From the sequence record MK308676.1: a stretch of 64,000 bases of DNA. The stretch is one strand, 5' to 3'. Below are positions 36,522 to 47,159 of the stretch, piece after piece. The number at the start of each line of letters is the position of its first letter. Within the stretch, counting starts at the first letter, position 1. The translations under genes were made by a program, and so were the position numbers. The notes under the pieces were generated by a model. It did not search any database, was not told the origin of the DNA, and saw nothing but the letters and a program-made list of their open reading frames with translations.

Positions 36522-37379
36522 TTAGCTGATGCGCAAGTAAGTTACGCCCGTAGCGTTTCCACCGGCATACCCGATGCGGTTTGCTGAAGGGTCGTACGTC
36601 AAGAACAGCTCTTTGACTTCTTCATCTTCGTAGTACTGGTCTTTATAGAACATCTTGATGTTGCCTGCATCGTAGATGAGTTCTTTGAACCACATCGGTT
36701 TCTGTTCTAAGCGGTAGCCGCCAGGAATGTCGTCATCCACATCGTTATCGCGAAGGTCGTCTTCGCCCATAAGCACATCTTCAAAGAAGCGTAACTCAAC
36801 GATATCCGCTGGGTTGCCGTCCATGTGGTAAGATTGCTCACGAAGATTCATCTCGCCGTGTAAACGATAAGACGTATTCTTTCTCGCGGGAATCACAGCC
36901 GTTGCAATGTGCGCATATTCGCCAGACAGATAAAGTTCTGACTTTTCTGAAGACGCAGTACATTCTTGCTGAATGTAGCCGTGCAGTACGTTGGTCATAG
37001 AAGAATCTGTAACCACGATAATGTGTTTCTTCTCTAGCTGTTTGCGATAGCGATTAAAGAACTCAAAGTTACGTTCGATACGTAGGTCCAGAATAAAGAT
37101 GTCGTAAGCGCTAGCCACGATTTCTTCGGACTGGTCTTCCCACATGCGCTCACTGCCGCTATGGAAGATAAGTTTAGGTGTGCCTTTAGCATCGAAGTAT
37201 TCCGCTAGACGGAAACCTGCCGCTTGTGCCCAACTCCACTGACCGCAATGTTTTTCGCCGGTGAACTCTAGTTGAGCAGGGAAGTCAGGGTCTTGCACCA
37301 TGATTTCCATGTAGCGAGTACCTAAAGCATTGAAGGTATCAAAGAAGAACATTGCGCGGGCGATGTTTAAGAATTTCAT
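36522..37379 (-). CDS. Hypothetical protein (285 aa)
   Basis: GAGGA SD. Confidence 0.8.
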   Translation of the reverse strand: MKFLNIARAMFFFDTFNALGTRYMEIMVQDPDFPAQLEFTGEKHCGQWSWAQAAGFRLAEYFDAKGTPKLIFHSGSERMWEDQSEEIVASAYDIFILDLRIERNFEFFNRYRKQLEKKHIIVVTDSSMTNVLHGYIQQECTASSEKSELYLSGEYAHIATAVIPARKNTSYRLHGEMNLREQSYHMDGNPADIVELRFFEDVLMGEDDLRDNDVDDDIPGGYRLEQKPMWFKELIYDAGNIKMFYKDQYYEDEEVKELFLTYDPSANRIGYAGGNATGVTYLRIS

Positions 37380-37442
37380 AACGTCCTCGTTAATAAAGTT
37401 AAATAAGAATAGTCAGATTAGCAGTCTGGCTATATAGGTTTA

Positions 37443-38594
37443 TTATCCTCTTCGCTTACGCGTTTCGTGTAAGTTTTGAAGAGCCAGTTTAACAGCGTGG
37501 CGGGCACCAGAGATTTTCTCTTCGCAGCCGAAACTGATGTCGATGCCTTCATTGTCGCAGCCGAACTTCCCAGCTGACTTCAGAACGCCATCGCCGCGAG
37601 ATTTTACTGACCAACGTCTCCAGCGTTTCTCTCCAGGCCAACGACTCCATGTTTGTTTGTACTCCGTCATGTACACGTCGAACCAAACACGCTCCATCGG
37701 ATAGCCTTCGCAGTACAAGGAAGTTTCTAAGATAGCGTCAATGTGCGTGCCACCGTCATCTACGATATCGTCTCGGCCTTTAAGTAGTCGCTCCCAACTG
37801 AGGTAATGGTGTAAGCCTCTCCATCCGTCCGTATTTCCGCAATCATCATAGAAGAACGTACTCACCATATGTTCTTTACACATGTAGAAGCCCGTAATAC
37901 GAGACTCGCGAACTAAGTAACTTAGGAAAGGTAGTTCCGCTGAGAAGTATCCGCCGAACAAAACGAAGTTAAAACGTAGACTGAAGTTTGTCTCATCACC
38001 GTAGCCCGTATAAACTTCAAAACGTGGCCAACCTGGCCCTTCCCAGCCCCACTCCAAGCGTAGGTCGCCTAAGTGTAAGTAACATTCATTGGTGTTCTTA
38101 ACTCGGTGGAACCATATGGCATCTTTACAGCGCTGCCACAGCGTCATGCGCTTACCTTTCTCCACGGGAACTACGATGCGATGCAGAGACTTGTGTAAGG
38201 CCCAAACTCCACAGAACCCATAAACGATGAGCTGTAGGTTAAAGATGAGTAAATCGATTATAGGCAAGTAGCTCCCGTCCATACCGCACATTCGCGCGAT
38301 TACCGCAAGTACTACCAGGTAGCCGAAAACTTCTCTGGGTTTCTGACGACTATAAGAACTAGTCTCTCTTACTGACCCTAGGGTTACCAGCGAGGCCAAT
38401 AGAAGCCATGCGGTATAGACCATCAGGGACTCAGGGGAAACGATACCGAGATACGGCACATACTCGCGCCCCATGAAGTAAGTAATCGCCATATCCCAGC
38501 CAACATCCATTACAGAGAACAACAACATTAAGAAAAAGGCGAACGTTGACGCAGCTTGGAACGTCGCCCCTTTCTCTTTAAATAGGTTAAGCAT
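37443..38594 (-). CDS. Membrane protein: about 4 N-terminal TM segments and a soluble aromatic-rich C-terminal domain
   Basis: Hydrophobic N-terminal third; AGGAG SD. Confidence 0.75.
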   Translation of the reverse strand: MLNLFKEKGATFQAASTFAFFLMLLFSVMDVGWDMAITYFMGREYVPYLGIVSPESLMVYTAWLLLASLVTLGSVRETSSYSRQKPREVFGYLVVLAVIARMCGMDGSYLPIIDLLIFNLQLIVYGFCGVWALHKSLHRIVVPVEKGKRMTLWQRCKDAIWFHRVKNTNECYLHLGDLRLEWGWEGPGWPRFEVYTGYGDETNFSLRFNFVLFGGYFSAELPFLSYLVRESRITGFYMCKEHMVSTFFYDDCGNTDGWRGLHHYLSWERLLKGRDDIVDDGGTHIDAILETSLYCEGYPMERVWFDVYMTEYKQTWSRWPGEKRWRRWSVKSRGDGVLKSAGKFGCDNEGIDISFGCEEKISGARHAVKLALQNLHETRKRRG

Positions 38595-38679
38595 TTCTTA
38601 TCTCCTTAGTTTATTACCAATAGATTTTAAGCGAGGGTTAAAAGTAACAAGGCCCTGTCCGAAGACAGAGCCCTGCTGT

Positions 38680-39330
38680 TTATTTCATGTACGGTTTAAA
38701 TTCCGTCCAGTGTACCGGAAACTCCGGCAGTAGGTTAAGCGTATCTAAGGTATAGATTAGCGAACGTCCTGTCATTTCACCGGCCTCGAAGAACTGCACG
38801 AGCTTTAACGCAGCAGCATATAAGAGGTCCTTGCCTTGACTCTGCCACGGCACAGATACTGTTTCGAAGGTACTTCTTCCGTCTTCTAGGAAAGACAGGT
38901 TAATACTCTTGTCAGTTAAATGTACTTCGGCGAGACGCAGACTCTCCGCCTTAGGGTAGGAAAGTATCAGTTCTAAACTAGCTTTTACTTTTTCTACTCG
39001 GGCAGGTAAAGTCTTGTACGCGGTATTTAGAGGAGAACACATTAGCTGCCCTCCTTTTAGTTCTATCCCAAATGAGCCAGAAGAACGGCCCATCGTGAAC
39101 GCAATTTCAGTTACGTTTTCATTAGTGTGGTGTTTGACTCCGTGAGCTGGGTTCTCACCTACGACCGGCACGACGTCAATCTTTTCCACAGCAACTAAAG
39201 CGATTGAAAAGTTATTAGCGTCTGCGGGAACATTGTTTAACACACACGGTTCTTGTGCTAAGTCAATGCTCCCACCGTCGATGGGTAAGTCCAACTCTAA
39301 AAACGTACGTTTTGTCGAACGAGTTTTCAT
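38680..39330 (-). CDS. Hypothetical protein (216 aa)
   Basis: AGGAG SD. Confidence 0.8.
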   Translation of the reverse strand: MKTRSTKRTFLELDLPIDGGSIDLAQEPCVLNNVPADANNFSIALVAVEKIDVVPVVGENPAHGVKHHTNENVTEIAFTMGRSSGSFGIELKGGQLMCSPLNTAYKTLPARVEKVKASLELILSYPKAESLRLAEVHLTDKSINLSFLEDGRSTFETVSVPWQSQGKDLLYAAALKLVQFFEAGEMTGRSLIYTLDTLNLLPEFPVHWTEFKPYMK

Positions 39331-39358
39331 TGTTGTTCTCCTTGTAAAGTCATAGGAT

Positions 39359-41820
<2,462 letters not shown>

Positions 41821-41822
41821 GA

Positions 41823-42272
41823 CTATCTCCTCGGGAAGTTACGGAGAGCGTAGTCGTCATAGACTCCGCCGAATATCCAGCTATTAAGGACGCCGGTATA
41901 GAACAGACATAAGCTTGACGCAAAGTCATTGGCCAATGTCGTATCTTCTCCGTAGAAGGTTAAATAAGTAATACCTCCGGCACAACAAGCCAGAGCGATT
42001 AAGATGATTCCGCGACGAGTTTCCCACTTCCCTAGCTGAGTGTCCTCACCTACTGCGGAGCCTCCTTCTCCATTAACGTGGTTGTCTGTAGCTGCACCGA
42101 ACACATAGCCGGCGATTACTAGAGCACACATTAAAAGGAGAGAAGAGGCTAGCGTGGCATGGAGAGAAGATTCGCCTTCTCCCCAGCCTAACAGATACAG
42201 TAAGATGAAGGCAGCCCAACTTAGAGATAGCTTAATCGTGAGACGTCGCATACCCCAGTTTGCTTTAGACAT
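41823..42272 (-). CDS. 4-TM membrane protein made of an internal tandem duplication (holin-like candidate)
   Basis: Two W..RR.II...YL..GE...LA...ASSL.L...V...FG...D units. Confidence 0.6.
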   Translation of the reverse strand: MSKANWGMRRLTIKLSLSWAAFILLYLLGWGEGESSLHATLASSLLLMCALVIAGYVFGAATDNHVNGEGGSAVGEDTQLGKWETRRGIILIALACCAGGITYLTFYGEDTTLANDFASSLCLFYTGVLNSWIFGGVYDDYALRNFPRR

Positions 42273-42594
42273 CTATGTCTCCTGTTTCTATTTTGAAGAA
42301 CTCCGCTTCATGCGGGACTAGCTCTTGGCTACCATAGGGACCGGTTTCTGCCAACGTTTTAATTCGTCTGGCGAACTCGGCTGGCCAGCGGACAATCATC
42401 TGCTTTATGGCGTAGAGTGCAGCTAGGTCATCAGGACAACTAGAGGCCAACGCATAGCAATCGACTAACGCCTGAAGCTGTTCCTCTAGCGTTTTGTCGC
42501 CACCTGGAATCGACGGAAACTCAGTACCGAGATAGGCACAGACTTCGAAGTACCGCTTTACTGTTTTGGTTGTTACGCGAACATTAACAGTCAT
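42265..42594 (-). CDS. Hypothetical protein (109 aa)
   Basis: AAGGA SD. Confidence 0.75.
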   Translation of the reverse strand: MTVNVRVTTKTVKRYFEVCAYLGTEFPSIPGGDKTLEEQLQALVDCYALASSCPDDLAALYAIKQMIVRWPAEFARRIKTLAETGPYGSQELVPHEAEFFKIETGDIDV

Positions 42595-42603
42595 GTGTAT
42601 TCC

Positions 42604-43518
42604 TTAGTCTTCGCCTTTACGGTTCACGGTAAGTGTATATTCGCCCACCGTGCGCGCAGAGTTCGTCCAGCAGTTAGTTTCCCAATCCATCGGACGGTCG
42701 CCCAGAAGCCTGACCATGTCTTCCTGAGAGAAATCTACGAACGTCATTCCGTTTTCACGTCTCTCTCGCAGGCTGACGCATAGCACTTTTTCAGCGACTG
42801 AAGTGAACCCACCTTCCTTAAACCGAGGACGCCAATAATCTTCAACGTCTACGTAAACATCAAAGACTGTGTCAGTTGGCTTATGTGAAAGCGTAATTTT
42901 AAGGGCATCTGTTCCGACAGCCGTCTTACTCCAAATTCGGAAGAAGTCCCACATGTCGACCACGAGGCGCCGTACGCTTTCCTTAGAGACCCATCCCGGA
43001 ACACCACTATGCTTAAGGCGCATTGAACGCGCTTGAGTCGCACGGTGTGCTAGTTCCGCCATAGACAGTACTTCGTTACCGCCAGGTACGTTGTGTGTCT
43101 CTAACATCAGACCAGCGTGGTTACAGCTAAACGCACGAGGCTTCCCTTCTTCATCGGCTTTCCAGCCTTTATGCAGCGGATAAGGCGGAACACCCGCAAC
43201 GTCTTGATAGAGCATGCGCGCTAGGTTATACTCCATTTCGTCACGGACGAAAATGGTTGTTTCGTATAAGCTCTTAGGAATTACCGGGTGTCCATCTTTC
43301 ATCTCAGAAGGACATTCGCGTTTTAGCCAGCGGTCTTTAAAATGCTTACTCATAACCACTTTAATGTTCTGTGCCTCTTCTTCACTTAGCTCTACGCCAA
43401 GCAGGTCTGACAATGTTTCTGACGGTACGATAGCGTCCATTGCCATTTCCATAAACTGCATGTAGTCCGAACATGCTTTGTTTAGTATTTCACCGCGCTC
43501 TGTATTTACTGAAGTCAT
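42604..43518 (-). CDS. Hypothetical protein (304 aa)
   Basis: Long ORF. Confidence 0.8.
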   Translation of the reverse strand: MTSVNTERGEILNKACSDYMQFMEMAMDAIVPSETLSDLLGVELSEEEAQNIKVVMSKHFKDRWLKRECPSEMKDGHPVIPKSLYETTIFVRDEMEYNLARMLYQDVAGVPPYPLHKGWKADEEGKPRAFSCNHAGLMLETHNVPGGNEVLSMAELAHRATQARSMRLKHSGVPGWVSKESVRRLVVDMWDFFRIWSKTAVGTDALKITLSHKPTDTVFDVYVDVEDYWRPRFKEGGFTSVAEKVLCVSLRERRENGMTFVDFSQEDMVRLLGDRPMDWETNCWTNSARTVGEYTLTVNRKGED

Positions 43519-43522
43519 TTTA

Positions 43523-44245
43523 TCACCAATCTAACTTTTCTGCTTGTTTAAGGATTTTCTTGCGCGCCAGGTCCGTACGGATAATAGAAGAAAGTTCGTC
43601 TGGTCCTAACTTCATATCTTCTAAGCACTGGCCGTGGTAGCTACATTCCATCTGAGGACTTTCTAGCGTACCTTTGTTTACTACGCGCTCGAACGGGTCT
43701 TTACGTTCGTCTGCGCACTTAGGGCAGCCAATGCGTTCAATCTCTTTACCTAGTAAAGAAACCTGAATCTGCATCGCTAGGATGTCCGTGGCTGGGTTCT
43801 GAATTTCTAACAGGGTGTTAACGAACTCGCCTAGTTCTTCCTCCCCAGAAATGAAAGGTTTAATGTGGTTACACTTAGCACATTGCTTAGTTAACTCTAC
43901 GCGACCGGGTTCGTGCTTGAATAAAGGAACCATCTTACCGCCTTCACATTCAGTACAAGGCGTGTTCATATTAATGAACTCTAGATGTATTTTCTTCAGT
44001 GCCACTTCTTCAAAGAAGGTTTCTGCTTTCTCAGCAGAGAGCTGCAACACATGGTTCGATGAAGTAATCCACGTTTCGGACACACCATTCAATTCTTGCG
44101 TGGTGTGGCGACAAACAGAATGACAATTCGTGCAGCTAAACACACTTATAGTGTCGTCTTCCTTGCCATTCATGTCATAAGACGCATCCAGGGATAGTGC
44201 ATGGGTTTCGCAGTTCTTACACATTAAGTCTTCGTAGACGCTCAT
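43523..44245 (-). CDS. Multi-zinc-ribbon protein
   Basis: CKNC, CTNC, CTEC, CAKC, CPKC and C..H..C; ATGA coupling. Confidence 0.75.
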   Translation of the reverse strand: MSVYEDLMCKNCETHALSLDASYDMNGKEDDTISVFSCTNCHSVCRHTTQELNGVSETWITSSNHVLQLSAEKAETFFEEVALKKIHLEFINMNTPCTECEGGKMVPLFKHEPGRVELTKQCAKCNHIKPFISGEEELGEFVNTLLEIQNPATDILAMQIQVSLLGKEIERIGCPKCADERKDPFERVVNKGTLESPQMECSYHGQCLEDMKLGPDELSSIIRTDLARKKILKQAEKLDW

Positions 44246-44775
44246 AGTTCCTCCGTCAGGAATTCAATTTTGTTTCGGAATCCCGACGTTAGGATTTCGA
44301 TGTTAGAAGAATACTTCTTAATGCGACCGAATTCACCAGTCTCAATAGAAGCGTTTAAGTTACGTGAACTATCAGCCACCTTAACGATGCGGGTAACCGG
44401 GCGGCGCTTGAGCATTACCATCTGTCCTTCATAAGGCTTGCCGCCTAAGATGTTCGCGTAATCGATTAAGTCAGGATGCACACCCATTTCGCGTAAATAG
44501 GTTTGACATTCCCAATGGTGCTCTACAGCATCATGGATGTAGCCTAAAGCTTTCAAGAAGAAAGAGGCATCGCGAGGTAAAGCCTTCTCTACCATGGAAA
44601 AGACCGCTTCGCCTACATCACGTACGTGGTAGCTAAATGGTGCGTTGCCGTATTTCTCACCCGCATGTATTTCTAAAGCTAGGCGAAAACAAAGTGCGGC
44701 TTGTTGGGAAGGCTGGTACTTCTTACCTTCTCCCCAATCTTCGGGCACCCAAGTAATCAATTTAGGGTCAATCAT
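44242..44775 (-). CDS. Stand-alone HD hydrolase (RelA/SpoT HD, Mesh1-like)
   Basis: H.G.KYG..PF.YH...V, IHDAVE and VKVAD..N. Confidence 0.75.
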   Translation of the reverse strand: MIDPKLITWVPEDWGEGKKYQPSQQAALCFRLALEIHAGEKYGNAPFSYHVRDVGEAVFSMVEKALPRDASFFLKALGYIHDAVEHHWECQTYLREMGVHPDLIDYANILGGKPYEGQMVMLKRRPVTRIVKVADSSRNLNASIETGEFGRIKKYSSNIEILTSGFRNKIEFLTEEL

Positions 44776-45503
44776 TTTTCCCTCATCTCCTTTATGCGTT
44801 GTTCTGCGACCTCATCCCAACTAGGCATCTGAGCTATCGCACCTTTAGTAGACATGGCCCATATATAAGAACTCTCACGCTGGTTCTCATCAAAGCCTTC
44901 TAAAGAACCGTGCCTTAAGATGTAACGAGCACGGTAGTAATCGCGTACGCCAAAACCTTCAACAGGGTCCGGGCACACGGCTTGGTCTAAATATTTGAAG
45001 TAGTCAGATACGCTGTCGTCAATGACCACCCAGCGTTTAATAGATGGGTTCTCACGGAGATAGTCGTCTACGCCTTGCTCTCTTGAACTTAACTCCGTAC
45101 CATACCTTTCTTCGATGCGCCACGGCTCACCTTCGCCTTTATTGCGTAAAGTGATAGAACTAAAACCAAAGGCCTCATGTAGCTTACTCGCGGCCAGCAG
45201 AGTCTTCATGTGACTCTTCCATACCGAGACATAAACTATGCGAGCATTGTACTCTTTGGCTAGGCGATTAATGAGACCTACGGCATAAGGGTCTATGCGT
45301 AAACCCATTAAGTGAGCTCGCTCTGTCTGCACGACTTCGTCCACATCTAAGAAGATAACTGCTTCACCGTCTCTTTGCTCGTCCATTATGTTTGCGAACG
45401 CAGAACGGAAAGCATTCTCGTAACCGTTAGCCAACATGTCTACAAGTTCGGGGTTCTCTCTTAGAAGTTCTTCGTACTTCTTTATTTCTTCGTAATAATC
45501 CAT
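44772..45503 (-). CDS. HAD-family phosphatase (Swiss-army-knife RNA-repair-like)
   Basis: IFLDVDEV (DxD), IVYVSVW and WVVIDD...PDP..GF. Confidence 0.75.
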   Translation of the reverse strand: MDYYEEIKKYEELLRENPELVDMLANGYENAFRSAFANIMDEQRDGEAVIFLDVDEVVQTERAHLMGLRIDPYAVGLINRLAKEYNARIVYVSVWKSHMKTLLAASKLHEAFGFSSITLRNKGEGEPWRIEERYGTELSSREQGVDDYLRENPSIKRWVVIDDSVSDYFKYLDQAVCPDPVEGFGVRDYYRARYILRHGSLEGFDENQRESSYIWAMSTKGAIAQMPSWDEVAEQRIKEMREK

Positions 45504-45578
45504 CTGACCTCCTTTCTATTAAATCCGGATTTAGGGTTAATAAAGACAGGAGAAGCCGAAGCCTCTCCTGGTTTATTA

Positions 45579-46565
45579 TTAATGTGAACTACGGTACTTG
45601 CGCACCATTAATGACGGGAATATGTAATCTGCATCTAGTAAAGACGGATGCCACATTATCCACGCTCTAGACTTTCCTAGATGGCGAGCCATGTCTGTTT
45701 GGAAGCGACTACCTTCATGCCAGTGGTCCGTAGAATAGTAGTTAGTTAGCGTAGGTAACTCACGCTTCTTCCGACAATCTCGAGCAGCGCAAGAAGCCAT
45801 GAGCTGAGTTTGCCAAGTAGCTAGGCCGTGGCGCGAATGCTCTATGTTGTCGACCGTTAGTCTTGCTGGGCTAAGACTGCGACACTGATTTATCGCCACC
45901 TCGTTATCATGTGAAGGCCAGTAATGTAAAGATTCCGTACCATTCTTCTTGGCCTTCTGTTCGAAACCACCGTAGAGAACAGTGTCAGCTATTTGAACGA
46001 GGTCCAGGTGGTCGGACATAGAGTAATCGAAAGCTTCGAATAGCCATTCAGGAACCGCTATAATCTTCTTCTTCAACATGGAATTGAAGTGATGTTCCGT
46101 TATCGTGCGGTTCGACTCCAGATAGACTTGAGTCACGTTAGTCTCAAAGAGGAGCGTATGTAACTCTAGTCCTAAACCCCATATCGTCTTACCGTCTTGT
46201 CGACCAGCTTGGAACCATACGTCTTCGAGGTGGTTGTCTACAGCATAAAGAATACCTAGTGTCTCTGTGCTGATTTTAAAGGGCAGGTATTCAGAGAGGC
46301 CCGGGTTATAGACTCGCAGTACCTCTCTAAAGAAATAGGTTTTATTTTCACGACACTCGAAAAAGATAATGCCTTTTTCTTGGTCAGTTAAATCTTCGGA
46401 CCAAGGGTCTAGCCCTATTGTTTCAGGGAACTTAACCCGTAAAGGATACTTGTAGTTTCCCACACGCATCTCTCTTAAAGTTTCCGAGAGAATGTTAAAG
46501 GAATGGTTAGAGGTCCCCGGATAAGAATACTCGCCGGCATTCGGATTGAAAGGTTTCAGTTGCAT
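45579..46565 (-). CDS. Truncated paralog of the phiKZ-type terminase large subunit (ATPase region only)
   Basis: LDP.S.DLT..EK..I..EC..N..YFFREV.R followed by GRQDGKT; 328 aa; GGAG SD at ATG 46565. Confidence 0.6.
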   Translation of the reverse strand: MQLKPFNPNAGEYSYPGTSNHSFNILSETLREMRVGNYKYPLRVKFPETIGLDPWSEDLTDQEKGIIFFECRENKTYFFREVLRVYNPGLSEYLPFKISTETLGILYAVDNHLEDVWFQAGRQDGKTIWGLGLELHTLLFETNVTQVYLESNRTITEHHFNSMLKKKIIAVPEWLFEAFDYSMSDHLDLVQIADTVLYGGFEQKAKKNGTESLHYWPSHDNEVAINQCRSLSPARLTVDNIEHSRHGLATWQTQLMASCAARDCRKKRELPTLTNYYSTDHWHEGSRFQTDMARHLGKSRAWIMWHPSLLDADYIFPSLMVRKYRSSH

Positions 46566-46644
46566 TGTTTTAACTCCGTCGTTAAACAAACTAAGGCGCG
46601 ATTGCCATTCTATTCTCAGGGAGAATAAAAAATAAAAGATGAGG

Positions 46645-46673
46645 TAAAGAAAGAGGGAGGCCGAAGACTCCCT
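46645..46673 (-). terminator. Intrinsic terminator
   Basis: AGGGAG-TCTTCGGC-CTCCCT followed by CTTTCTTT on the minus strand. Confidence 0.75.
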
Positions 46674-46679
46674 TATAGT

Positions 46680-46742
46680 TTAGCAGCCTGAAGAGCCACG
46701 GCCACAGCCGCCAGGCAGTACAATACTAAAGTTTGATAACAT
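46680..46742 (-). CDS. Unannotated 20-aa peptide MLSNFSIVLPGGCGRGSSGC
   Basis: GGAG SD 6 nt upstream; lies between an early gene and a terminator. Confidence 0.6.
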   Translation of the reverse strand: MLSNFSIVLPGGCGRGSSGC

Positions 46743-46757
46743 TGTTTTCTCCGTGTT

Positions 46758-47045
46758 TTAAAGGACGTATTCTTGACCTTCTTCGAGGCCGTGTGGCTGT
46801 TCAGTGATTAGGTAAGCTTGACGATTAACGAAGTAATGTCCCGGGACTACCAGCACGTTATCGTTTTCGTCGTCGATGTAAACGGTTAAGATATATTGGT
46901 TGCCTTTTTGACGTAAGACTTCGTCTACCTTTGCGTCGAGAACTGGCCAGCCGTAAACGGTCCCGTCGTACTCAACACCTTCGCCGTTCGGACAAGAAAC
47001 TAGCCCCTTAGTTAATAGGTATTCAAGGATGTCATCGATTTCCAT
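46758..47045 (-). CDS. Early hypothetical protein (95 aa)
   Basis: GAGGA SD, directly after an early promoter. Confidence 0.8.
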   Translation of the reverse strand: MEIDDILEYLLTKGLVSCPNGEGVEYDGTVYGWPVLDAKVDEVLRQKGNQYILTVYIDDENDNVLVVPGHYFVNRQAYLITEQPHGLEEGQEYVL

Positions 47046-47077
47046 AGGGTTTTCCTCTTACATTGATATTCACATAG

Positions 47078-47089
47078 GTAATATAGGTT
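47078..47089 (-). promoter_or_regulatory. phiKZ-type early promoter (AACCTATATTAC)
   Basis: Identical 12-mer to 4924-4935. Confidence 0.75.
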
Positions 47090-47101
47090 ATAGTTTGCTC
47101 T

Positions 47102-47112
47102 GAATCTTGTAG
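47102..47112 (+). promoter_or_regulatory. Putative late promoter (GAATCTTGTAG)
   Basis: Variant of the recurrent motif, upstream of the chitinase gene. Confidence 0.55.
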
Positions 47113-47159
47113 GGACGCTGTTCCTATAATGAACGTTCATTTTAATCGGGATTAAAGTT

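Noticed and set aside
37429-37440. Early promoter variant AACCTATATAGC
   Set aside because: Two mismatches in the core and it overlaps a terminator-like hairpin; not supportable as a feature
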